Source of the DNA: an uncultured Phycisphaerales bacterium | Lineage (GTDB): Bacteria; Planctomycetota; Phycisphaerae; Tepidisphaerales; Tepidisphaeraceae | Direction of reading: 5' to 3' | Assembly (NCBI GenBank): GCA_963758525.1 | Contig: CAVWVQ010000002.1 | Coordinates: 224,001-288,000, forward strand | Length of the DNA: 64,000 bases | Shown: one piece after another, positions 40,638-48,840 of the stretch | Position numbering within the stretch: position 1 is the stretch's first letter | Layout of the letters: every line of letters starts with the position of its first letter | Program-made: the position numbers and the translations under genes | Notes under the pieces: model-generated | Told to the model about the DNA's origin: nothing | The model's input: the letters and a program-made list of their open reading frames with translations, nothing else | Database searches by the model: none

Positions 40638-41612
40638 TTACTCTCTCGGCAACTCCAGCGGAGGTCGCACGGAGACGGCCTGCGTTGTCGGGAAGTCCTG
40701 CGGCACGGGAACCGTGACCGGCCGCTTGGCCAGCCACTGCAGCGCTCGCATGATCAACACCTGCTCGTCAACAGCCAACAAATCAACAGGCTGGCTTGTC
40801 GGCGACTCATCTCCCCACACGTGCCCAAATGATGACGCGTACACCCGGCCCTCCCCATAGGTGACGGTCCACTCCAGTGGCCAGTACTCTTTCGACTTCG
40901 GATCTTGCCCGTACGAAAGCACCTCGACGTTCGCTGCCGGTCCCCGTGCATACGCATAGACTTCCAGCTTGGGCGTCATCCAGAGCGGCGGCAGACCTTG
41001 ATGAATCGGATTGTTGGGCAACGAGTGAACCAAAACATCGCTCCGTGCCGCGTGCCCGGTGCCTTTTCCTTGACCCGCGGGGATCCGTGTTATGCGCCCA
41101 TCCTCGGTCATTTGCAGGGCCGTGCCATAGCTCGCAGGCCGCCATCCCAGTCCGATGATGTCGTTGTACTCCGGCCAGTCAGGAAAAGCGTTGTTCGCGG
41201 AGTGGAAGATAAACACACCGCCGCCACCTTTGACAAAAGAAACAAAATCCCGCTTCACCTGCTCTGACCATTGAGGCGCGTGCGGCTGGTGGATGTCGTT
41301 ACAGGTCTGGATGATCACATCGGCATGACTGAAATCCGGCTTCCACGGCGCGGCGTCAGCCGCCGTAACCGGCGGGATCGTGGATACCGATACATCGAAA
41401 AGCCCCGAAGGCTCGAGAATGGCGCGGAGCATCCTGGTATTGAGTTTCCAGTTGTGGTTGGAGAATCCGTCCAGAATGAGCACGCGGATCTTGCCCGGCT
41501 TCGTGCCCGCGATGTTCGGCGCGGTCGTAGGCATCTCTTGGGCCAGAACGGTGAGTACAATCCCGCAGATCAGAACGAGGCAACCGCTTACAAGCAAAGA
41601 ATTTCGCAGCAT
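40638..41612 (-). CDS. ThuA-like domain protein
   Basis: DGFSNHNW, HSANNAFPDW, YGEGRVY..GH. Confidence 0.8.
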   Translation of the reverse strand: MLRNSLLVSGCLVLICGIVLTVLAQEMPTTAPNIAGTKPGKIRVLILDGFSNHNWKLNTRMLRAILEPSGLFDVSVSTIPPVTAADAAPWKPDFSHADVIIQTCNDIHQPHAPQWSEQVKRDFVSFVKGGGGVFIFHSANNAFPDWPEYNDIIGLGWRPASYGTALQMTEDGRITRIPAGQGKGTGHAARSDVLVHSLPNNPIHQGLPPLWMTPKLEVYAYARGPAANVEVLSYGQDPKSKEYWPLEWTVTYGEGRVYASSFGHVWGDESPTSQPVDLLAVDEQVLIMRALQWLAKRPVTVPVPQDFPTTQAVSVRPPLELPRE

Positions 41613-41629
41613 TAACTTCCTCCAGATTT

Positions 41630-41696
41630 AGTTTCGACGCGACGCGGGGCCATCCAGAGTCGAATACCCGCCGTCGTGGACATAGGCGGGTTAGGC
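41630..41696 (-). other. attC remnant at the distal array end
   Basis: GCCTAAC containing the stop codon; tttcgacgcgacgcggggcc fragment of the attC family. Confidence 0.55.
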
Positions 41697-42251
41697 CGCA
41701 GCCAGCGGGCGACAGAAGACAAAGCGGTCGGCAGCGCTCCAATGGTGATCGGGTCCCGAGCGATAGCCTCGTAACCAGAGAACGCCTTCGATCCGGCGAA
41801 GGTAGAATCCCTTCGGTGTGGCGTCGTCGCTGGCGAGCTCGCGGGACGCAACCGTTAAGGAGCCGGGCGGCGCTCGGTGCTTTGAAGGTGGATGGCCGAT
41901 GCAGCCCTCGTGTTGGTCCATGTACTGAAGCCTGAGATGCGGAGCGAGTTCCAGAGGGCACAATAACAGACCGCATTCCGCGGCCCGGCCATGAATCTGG
42001 CGAATGCTGGCGCCCTCGGGACAGCCGAGATCGGCAACTGAAAGCTCTACGATTTCGGTATGTGAGACGGCTGGTGACGTGGTGAATTTGTCCTGCGCGA
42101 ACAAAACACGGGCACTTTCGTTGAGTTGGACCTTTGCATCATGGAGTTGAGCCAGCAGATCATCTTTGGTCACTCCGCCCACGCGAATCGTCTTGGCTAC
42201 TGCCGAGCAAATTGCATAATCGCCGACGCCTGGTTTGCAGTGGGAGTTCAT
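41691..42251 (-). CDS. Cassette-borne hypothetical protein
   Basis: LCPLELAPHLRLQY..PKGFYLRRIEGVLWLRGY; stop lies inside the R'' box. Confidence 0.75.
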   Translation of the reverse strand: MNSHCKPGVGDYAICSAVAKTIRVGGVTKDDLLAQLHDAKVQLNESARVLFAQDKFTTSPAVSHTEIVELSVADLGCPEGASIRQIHGRAAECGLLLCPLELAPHLRLQYMDQHEGCIGHPPSKHRAPPGSLTVASRELASDDATPKGFYLRRIEGVLWLRGYRSGPDHHWSAADRFVFCRPLAAA

Positions 42252-42273
42252 GGCGGCCTGATTGACGGGCACT

Positions 42274-42582
42274 TTATCCAGTCGCCGGTTTGTCGTCCGG
42301 CCACGCAGACAAGGGTAGATTGTACCACGCCTCAGCTTGTCGTTGAGCGTCGGCGACTGTGGAGTGCCAGGTATCGCCAGAGATCGAAGGTTCTGCTGAT
42401 TCGATAACCAGCAAGCAGCCGTCACCCTCGCATTCGATAGTGAACGTCACCCCGACGCTTCGCCGCGGGATTGGCTGCGGAATGGCGGCCCCGGGCGGCA
42501 GCCAGCCTGAGTGTGCTTGACCGCCGAGGGTCACGACGAAGTTAGTCACGCGGCTTACGACGCTCGAAGGCTTCCGCTGCAT
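42274..42582 (-). CDS. Cassette-borne small hypothetical protein
   Basis: ATG overlaps the GTTATG core; GDTWH..A..QA motif. Confidence 0.7.
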   Translation of the reverse strand: MQRKPSSVVSRVTNFVVTLGGQAHSGWLPPGAAIPQPIPRRSVGVTFTIECEGDGCLLVIESAEPSISGDTWHSTVADAQRQAEAWYNLPLSAWPDDKPATG

Positions 42583-42666
42583 AACGTAAGGCCGATCAGT
42601 AGTGCCGACTCACGAACCACGAGAATCTTACCCGCCGGCTCGCTCCATTGCGTTGGCGGGTTGTGG
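42583..42666 (-). other. Degenerate attC site
   Basis: aac..gatcagtag / ccattgcgtt ggcgg gtt. Confidence 0.55.
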
Positions 42667-43326
42667 GGCAGGCCGCGCAGCCACGCCCGCGAAGTTGATC
42701 GACATCGGCGCGAGCTTCAGGAGCGCTCGCGTCTGCTGCACTCGAGCCTCTGCGACTTTGCGGAACCGATTAGTGTCGGCAGCGAGCGCGTCCAACGCCT
42801 TGGCATCCTGCTTTGCTGCCAAGGTCCAGTCGTGATCGCCGTCCGCGGCGATCACTGCCGAGAAGAACCGATGCGCTTCATCGACAAGACCGCCTACCGC
42901 ACACGCGACCGCCGCGTCGAAGCTTGGCCAAAAGCCGTTCGGACGATGGCGAGAATAATGCTCTGCGACTGCGTTCACATCGTTGAACATTTTCCGGTAG
43001 CGGTTCACTTCCCCGGCCGCACGCTCCGACAGTTGATCTGACACGGTGGCGAACTGTGCCTCGTTCTCAATTCCTGCGAAGCTCTCAAGTCGGCCACCTT
43101 CATCGAACGAGAGATAGTTCTTGACCTTCCAAAGCCAGCAGCAACCAACGTTCAGATAGCTGCCCCGAGACCAACCGCTTGGCTGGAATTCAACGACGCA
43201 CAACCACCAGCCGTGATCGTCCAACCACGTACGCGACCTGCCCTTCTGCATAAGCCCCATTGGGCGCAGGATACTCCGTGCAGAACGCGCGATGAGTGTC
43301 GAATGAACTGGTGCTTCCTGCCCCAT
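42628..43326 (-). CDS. Cassette-borne protein, DUF4304-like
   Basis: Starts MGQEAP at the GTTATG core; KGRSRTW..VVEFQPS..YLNVG. Confidence 0.65.
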   Translation of the reverse strand: MGQEAPVHSTLIARSARSILRPMGLMQKGRSRTWLDDHGWWLCVVEFQPSGWSRGSYLNVGCCWLWKVKNYLSFDEGGRLESFAGIENEAQFATVSDQLSERAAGEVNRYRKMFNDVNAVAEHYSRHRPNGFWPSFDAAVACAVGGLVDEAHRFFSAVIAADGDHDWTLAAKQDAKALDALAADTNRFRKVAEARVQQTRALLKLAPMSINFAGVAARPAPQPANAMERAGG

Positions 43327-43434
43327 AACGAAGAGGACAATCGGTGGCGGCCAACGCGACGCGCCGCGGAACACTATACCAAGGACAAACTTTCGACGCG
43401 ACGCGGGGCCGTCCACAGCATTGGCTGGTTATCG
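43327..43434 (-). other. attC site (hybrid left end)
   Basis: AAC..GTT cores, stem with two extrahelical bases; near-identical to the 48039 and 52904 sites. Confidence 0.85.
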
Positions 43435-43985
43435 GGCACTTCCGGGCGGCGGGAAGGTACGCAGCTCGGCGCGGAAAGCTTGGCCTTTACGGCCGGACTG
43501 ATCGTGACCAGGTAGTCCGGCAGGGCCGTCACCGCCGGCTTGCCCGGGGACGCGAATGCGCCCGGCTCGTCGTCCCAGTTGATCATGTGCACGACAACGG
43601 ACCATTGCCCGGCCGCCAACGGCATCGCCCGTGTCGACCGCGTCACCTCCCCGGCAACATGCTCGATTCCGCCGACCGCGACCGCCCCGCGGGAGACGAA
43701 GCGGTACGGCTCGGAGGCGAGGAACAGGTATCGCCGCTCTCGCTCCGAAAGCGCAGCCACGCCCGCGCTGCTCAGACGCACCTCTACCTCCGCGACCATG
43801 TCTCGGCCGATGTTGATCGGGACGAAGTCGCCGGCCGAGATGTGCCGTGTTATGTCTGCGTCATCCTCCAGTTCCCGCGCCCACGTTTGGTAGTCATGGA
43901 CCTGCGAAAAGGCTTCCGGCGACCAGAGGGCGTGCATGCCCGCATCGGTCGCGAACGCACCACGCATGGATTCGCTGGTCGGCAT
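43374..43985 (-). CDS. Cassette-borne hypothetical protein
   Basis: Starts MPTSES; cassette ends are 12-bp complementary (gttatcgggcac / gtgcccgataac). Confidence 0.7.
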   Translation of the reverse strand: MPTSESMRGAFATDAGMHALWSPEAFSQVHDYQTWARELEDDADITRHISAGDFVPINIGRDMVAEVEVRLSSAGVAALSERERRYLFLASEPYRFVSRGAVAVGGIEHVAGEVTRSTRAMPLAAGQWSVVVHMINWDDEPGAFASPGKPAVTALPDYLVTISPAVKAKLSAPSCVPSRRPEVPDNQPMLWTAPRRVESLSLV

Positions 43986-44284
43986 CGTCTTGTGCCCGAT
44001 AACGAAGAGGACTTTATCCAGCGTGCGCCAGCGACGCCGGTACTCGCGACCGCTTGTCGCACGCTGGATAAAGTCTGTTGAACTGAACCGATTTTGGACG
44101 TCAACGCACGGGAGCAATTAGCCCGAAAAACCGCGCGCATACATTATTATAGGGGATTGTATTCATAGCATATTTCCGACAAAAAAGGCGGTGTCGCAAA
44201 CTGATAATCGCTCGTCAGAGAGAAGGCTGCGGCGATGCTTAGAGTACCGAACGCCGGGCGACTGCCCACCGCGCAGCGGTTTAG

Positions 44285-46220
44285 GTGCGCCTGCGAGCGT
44301 ACCAGCATAGAGAGGTGCAAGTCCTCTCCGGGCATAGCGTTCTCCAGCCCGTAACTGAAAGTAACTGCGTGGCCGTGAGGCCAGGTGGAGAGCAACTGGA
44401 GGTGAACGACCAGTCCGAAACACAAGTGAACTCGATTCGGCCTGAAACGGTGACGAGCCTGCCTAAAAGTGGCGAAGTCCAGACCCGCGAGGGAGCGATG
44501 CATCTTTCAAGGGAAGCCCGGTGAGCTGAAGGGTAACGTGCAGAGAGGCGACGAGCCTCTCGTAAAGCGATGCCGGGGCCGTGAGGGTGATTGGAGTCGG
44601 AATGGTTGGAAGTGCTGGTGCGTGAAGCAGGGAGACCTGTTCCGGAAAGCGAACGGAGTTCATACGCCGTAACCAGTCGGCGTCGAAGAGCCGCCGGGGC
44701 AGGAGTCAGAGCGTCCGTAGTAGCGACGAAACGCCTTAACGGGCGTGGAGCCAAGGGACGCAGGAAAGTGGATGCGGGATGAATAGACCAATGGAACAAC
44801 AATCGGCGCGAGTGCCCCGACTCGGGGCTAAGCAAGCCGAAGAATCCCATCGCATCGCGGGCGCAGGCTCGCGATGGGCATGGGCGGAACCATCGGTCTG
44901 GACAGCGCGCATGTTGCAGGCCCTTGAACAAGGGGTCAAAGGAGGCATCTGGTTCAGCCTGATTGATAAAGTCTACAAACGCAGCAACCTCTGGTCGTCA
45001 TGGAGTAAGGTGGCGGCCAACAAGGGAGCGGCAGGCGTGGACCATGTGACGGTGAAGCAGTACGAGCGCCATGTGGAAAAGCACATCGAGCATCTGACGG
45101 AAGAACTGAGGGCCGGGACGTATCGGCCCAAGGCGATCCGCCGGTGCTACATCCCCAAACCCGGCAGCGCCCAGGGGCGACCGCTGGGGATACCGACTGT
45201 GCAGGACCGCGTGGTTCAGGGCGTGCTGCGTCACGTGCTGGAACCGATCTTCGAGAAGGACTTTCACGAGCACAGCTACGGCTTTCGCCCCGGAAGGGGA
45301 TGCAAAGACGCGCTGCGTCACGTGCAGAAACTTTTGGACGACGGATACCGGTACGTGGTAGACGCGGATCTGAAAAGCTACTTTGACACGATCCCGCACC
45401 GGCAGTTAATGGAGCGGGTGAGCCAGAAGGTGGCCGACGGACGAGTGCTGAAACTGATCGAATCATTCCTCACGCAAGGCGTGCTGGAAGGACTGGACCA
45501 GTGGACGCCCGCATCCGGCGCGCCGCAAGGCGCGGTGCTCAGCCCACTGCTGAGTAACGTCTATCTGGACCCGCTGGACCATCTGATGGCCCGGCAGGGA
45601 TTCCAGATGGTGCGCTACGCGGATGACTTTGTGATCCTGTGTCAGAGCCAAGAGGAGGCCGAGCGGGCGCTGGCCGAGGTGCAACGATGGACGGCGCAAG
45701 CCGGTCTGACGCTGCATCCGGAGAAGACACGAATCGTCGATGAGCGACAAAAGGGCTTCGACTTCCTGGGCTATCACTTTGGCCAAGGTCAAAGAGAACC
45801 CCGGAGCAAGAGCCTCAAGAAACTCAAAGACACCATTCGTGAAAAGACCCAACGTCGGAACGGCACTCGAATGGTCTGCATCATCGGCACGGTCAATCAG
45901 ACGCTGCGTGGCTGGTTTGGCTACTTCAAACACAGCCGACGCGAGACGTTCGCTCCGCTGGACGCGTGGATCCGTATGAGGCTGCGAAGCATCTTGCGGC
46001 GACGCCACGGCGGGCGTGGACGTGGCGGTGGTCGTGACCACTACCGCTGGCCCAATGCATACTTTGCCAAGCTGGGACTTTTCTCGCTGTTACAAGCCCA
46101 TCGCTTGGCCTGTCAACCCGCTCGAACGGGAACCCACTGACTGGAGAGCCGGATGCGGGAGAACCGCCAGTCCGGTTCGGCGGGAGGGGAGGCCGGGAAA
46201 CCGGCCTTCCCTACCCCGAT
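44285..46220 (+). mobile_element. Group II intron (1936 nt)
   Basis: 5' GTGCG; domain V gagccggatgcgggagaaccgccagtccggttc (46146-46178); domain VI ending ctaccccgat; precise insertion without duplication. Confidence 0.95.
44779..46140 (+). CDS. ltrA: Group II intron reverse transcriptase/maturase, no endonuclease domain
   Basis: NKGAAGVD, RPLGIPTVQDR, SYGFRPGR, PQGAVLSPLL, RYADD, FDFLGY, LRGWFGYF. Confidence 0.95.
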   Translation: MNRPMEQQSARVPRLGAKQAEESHRIAGAGSRWAWAEPSVWTARMLQALEQGVKGGIWFSLIDKVYKRSNLWSSWSKVAANKGAAGVDHVTVKQYERHVEKHIEHLTEELRAGTYRPKAIRRCYIPKPGSAQGRPLGIPTVQDRVVQGVLRHVLEPIFEKDFHEHSYGFRPGRGCKDALRHVQKLLDDGYRYVVDADLKSYFDTIPHRQLMERVSQKVADGRVLKLIESFLTQGVLEGLDQWTPASGAPQGAVLSPLLSNVYLDPLDHLMARQGFQMVRYADDFVILCQSQEEAERALAEVQRWTAQAGLTLHPEKTRIVDERQKGFDFLGYHFGQGQREPRSKSLKKLKDTIREKTQRRNGTRMVCIIGTVNQTLRGWFGYFKHSRRETFAPLDAWIRMRLRSILRRRHGGRGRGGGRDHYRWPNAYFAKLGLFSLLQAHRLACQPARTGTH

Positions 46221-46223
46221 TTC

Positions 46224-46318
46224 AACGGACCAGCATTGAACGGCCGGCCGGGCTTGACCGTTTCTCGAATCACGAGGACCGTTCCGCCCGGCCGGTCCGT
46301 TCCAGTGCTTGGTTATCC
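46224..46318 (-). other. attC site
   Basis: aac..gaacggccggcc / ggccgg t ccgttc c ..gtt. Confidence 0.8.
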
Positions 46319-46822
46319 GGCACCGGCCAGTTCCGCCGGCTCGACAAGCGTGCGCTCCGTCTCAAGGTCATCGTACTGCACGAACGTGAGTGCATGCGGC
46401 TGGAGGCGCTGCAACTCTGCCAGCGAAGCATGCGCATCAGCGGTCAAAGCCGATTGGCGCAACGCCTCGAAGACCCGCCGATCCATTTCTTCATGTGCTC
46501 GCTCGAACGCGTCAGCTTCAGCTTCAGCTTCGGCATCGGGCAACTCGTAATAGAGCGCCTCCAGACACGCCACTTTCACGCCCGCGACGTTCGCGTTCCG
46601 CTTCGGGCGCTCGGGATCCGGCGAGAACCAGATCAAGCCGCTGCCAAAGCGGACGTACGCACGCAGCCGGTCCCATTCCCAATCCGGCTTCGCGCGAACG
46701 AACTCCGCAACGGCACGGGCGACGAGCGGCCACGCCTCGCTCATACGAGCGATGACGTCCGCCCAGTCCGTCACGCGGAGGTCGATGTGCAAGACGCCGT
46801 CTTTGAGCCGTTCGACGTTCAT
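46313..46822 (-). CDS. Cassette-borne hypothetical protein
   Basis: Starts MNVERL; stop in R''; ends are 12-bp complementary. Confidence 0.7.
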   Translation of the reverse strand: MNVERLKDGVLHIDLRVTDWADVIARMSEAWPLVARAVAEFVRAKPDWEWDRLRAYVRFGSGLIWFSPDPERPKRNANVAGVKVACLEALYYELPDAEAEAEADAFERAHEEMDRRVFEALRQSALTADAHASLAELQRLQPHALTFVQYDDLETERTLVEPAELAGAG

Positions 46823-46834
46823 GTGCCGGATAAC

Positions 46835-47112
46835 GAAGAGGACTTTATCCAGCGTGCGCCAGCGACGCCGGTACTCGCGACCGCTTGTCGCACGCTGGAT
46901 AAAGTCTGTTGAACTGAACCGATTTTGGACGTCAACGCACGGGAGCAATTAGCCCGAAAAACCGCGCGCATACATTATTATAGGGGATAGCATATTTCCG
47001 ACAAAAAAGGCGGTGTCGCAAACTGATAATCGCTCGTCAGAGAGAAGGCTGCGGCGATGCTTAGAGTACCGAACACCGGGCGACTGCCCACCGCGCAGCG
47101 GTTTAGTTCAAC
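46835..47112. mobile_element. 287-bp unit, copy 2 (9-bp internal deletion)
   Basis: Matches the other copies but lacks tgtattcat. Confidence 0.92.
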
Positions 47113-47206
47113 GGACCAACGTTCAATGGCCGGCACCACGCCGACCGGCTTTCAATTTACCAAAACGCCCGACGTGGGGCCGGTCCATTGCAGCGTTTGG
47201 TTATGC
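47110..47206 (-). other. attC site
   Basis: aac..caatggccggc / gccgg t ccattg c ..gtt. Confidence 0.82.
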
Positions 47207-47464
47207 GGCTGGCTCGCGGCGTGACTTTACTCGGACCCAGCACCCGTCATCGACCACCAACGAATGAAGCTTTGAACCGCCGACGGGACGCCGAAAACCG
47301 AAAGAAACCCAACGAAATCCGCGGTCGTCGATTTCACTGATCACAAGCACACGTCCACTATCGATTAACTTTCGGACAACGGCTCGCGTCGATCGCTCCC
47401 GCCATTCAGGCGACACCGCCACCATACGAATGCGATCACCGAGCTTAAGGGGTCGAAGCCGCAT
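47201..47464 (-). CDS. Cassette-borne small hypothetical protein
   Basis: ATG in the R' core and TAA in the R'' core; 87 aa. Confidence 0.7.
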   Translation of the reverse strand: MRLRPLKLGDRIRMVAVSPEWRERSTRAVVRKLIDSGRVLVISEIDDRGFRWVSFGFRRPVGGSKLHSLVVDDGCWVRVKSRREPAA

Positions 47465-47467
47465 AAC

Positions 47468-47754
47468 GAAGAGGACTTTATCCAGCGTGCGCCAGCGACG
47501 CCGGTACTCGCGACCGCTTGTCGCACGCTGGATAAAGTCTGTTGAACTGAACCGATTTTGGACGTCAACGCACGGGAGCAATTAGCCCGAAAAACCGCGC
47601 ACACACATTATTATAGGGGATTGTATTCATAGCATATTTCCGACAAAAAAGGCGGTGTCGCAAACTGATAATCGCTCGTCAGAGAGAAGGCTGCGGCGAT
47701 GCTTAGAGTACCGAACACCGGGCGACTGCCCACCGCGCAGCGGTTTAGTTCAAC
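47468..47754. mobile_element. 287-bp unit, copy 3
   Basis: gaagaggactttatcc...gtttagttcaac. Confidence 0.93.
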
Positions 47755-48041
47755 GAAGAGGACTTTATCCAGCGTGCGCCAGCGACGCCGGTACTCGCGA
47801 CCGCTTGTCGCACGCTGGATAAAGTCTGTTGAACTGAACCGATTTTGGACGTCAACGCACGGGAGCAATTAGCCCGAAAAACCGCGCGCACACATTATTA
47901 TAGGGGATTGTATTCATAGCATATTTCCGACAAAAAAGGCGGTGTCGCAAACTGATAATCGCTCGTCAGAGAGAAGGCTGCGGCGATGCTTAGAGTACCG
48001 AACACCGGGCGACTGCCCACCGCGCAGCGGTTTAGTTCAAC
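47755..48041. mobile_element. 287-bp unit, copy 4 (head-to-tail with copy 3)
   Basis: Junction gtttagttcaac|gaagaggac. Confidence 0.93.
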
Positions 48042-48152
48042 GGATGACAATCTGTGGCGGCCAACGCGACGCGCCGAGGAACACTATACCAAGGACAAAC
48101 TTTCGACGCGACGCGGGGCCGTCCACACGTCCACAGCATTGGCTGGTTATCC
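48039..48152 (-). other. attC site with an internal 8-bp duplication
   Basis: aatctgtggcggcc / ggccgtccaca(cgtccaca)gcatt. Confidence 0.82.
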
Positions 48153-48494
48153 CTGCGGCCGAGTTGCGGGGGTCGGATCATTCACAAATGGTAACCTGAC
48201 TCTGAAGGCGATCGGAGCCGGTGGAGCACTTTCCAAAACAATCCTTCGCAGGTCGGCGAGCGCAGCTTCATCGGCGACCGTACCGAAAACGCCTAGAGAA
48301 CCTTCCTGGCCTGTAAATGTTTCGAGATGCACATCCGTAAACCGCGGATCGCGGTGAAGCTTCTCCGCGAGAATCGGGATGTGATCCGCAGCTGCCCGCA
48401 TATTGATCGCTTGGTGACCGCCGGGAGAGTATGGGTAGTAGATCGCTACTGCTAGCACGACAACGCCGAGGAAGCCGTAGAGCCGCTTTCGCAT
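48147..48494 (-). CDS. Cassette-borne membrane-anchored small protein
   Basis: MRKRLYGFLGVVVLAVAIYY; stop in R''. Confidence 0.7.
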   Translation of the reverse strand: MRKRLYGFLGVVVLAVAIYYPYSPGGHQAINMRAAADHIPILAEKLHRDPRFTDVHLETFTGQEGSLGVFGTVADEAALADLRRIVLESAPPAPIAFRVRLPFVNDPTPATRPQG

Positions 48495-48840
48495 GAGCAG
48501 GGATAACGAAGAGGACTTTATCCAGTGTGCGACCAAAGCCGTGGCCAAGCCGAACCGGTTCAACGCACACTGGATAAAGTCTGTTGAACTGAACCGGCCG
48601 TCAGCTATGGGGATTGTATCGAGCTGCCGGAGCGGTGTCTCGCTCGGACTGGTGCGGGGCGCATCCGCGCCGTGAGGTGACGGGTGGGAACGGCTTTCCC
48701 GATCGACTCAACCCGGTTGGAATGTCGTCTGGAATCGCCGTTGGCGGACCGCAATCTCACGATCGGCGCGCACCATCCCCCTTGCCGCCGTGGAGCGGTC
48801 AATTGAACAACCGCGAGGATGGGCGGACGTGGCATGTGCA

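Larger units (their letters stand above)
44004..46226. mobile_element. 287-bp non-coding unit, copy 1 (44004-44284 + 46221-46226, split by the intron)
   Basis: Removing the intron restores cggtttag|ttcaac and the 287-bp length. Confidence 0.92.

Noticed and set aside
18433..41612. Glycan-degradation genes as a novel system
   Set aside because: All are recognisable CAZyme or porin families in a loose cluster, ordinary for this kind of genome.
42271..42282. actttatccagt match to the element hairpin arm
   Set aside because: Only 12 bp, with no second arm or gaagag leader; could be chance.
44779..46140. Retron, DGR or defence-type reverse transcriptase
   Set aside because: It has group II intron RT and maturase motifs and sits inside a complete ribozyme with precise splice boundaries.
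47611..47868. Repeated small ORFs (MLPCVDVQ.., MSQTDNRSS..) as real genes
   Set aside because: They are translations of the repeat with no RBS or family motif, and their ends vary with the flanking DNA.
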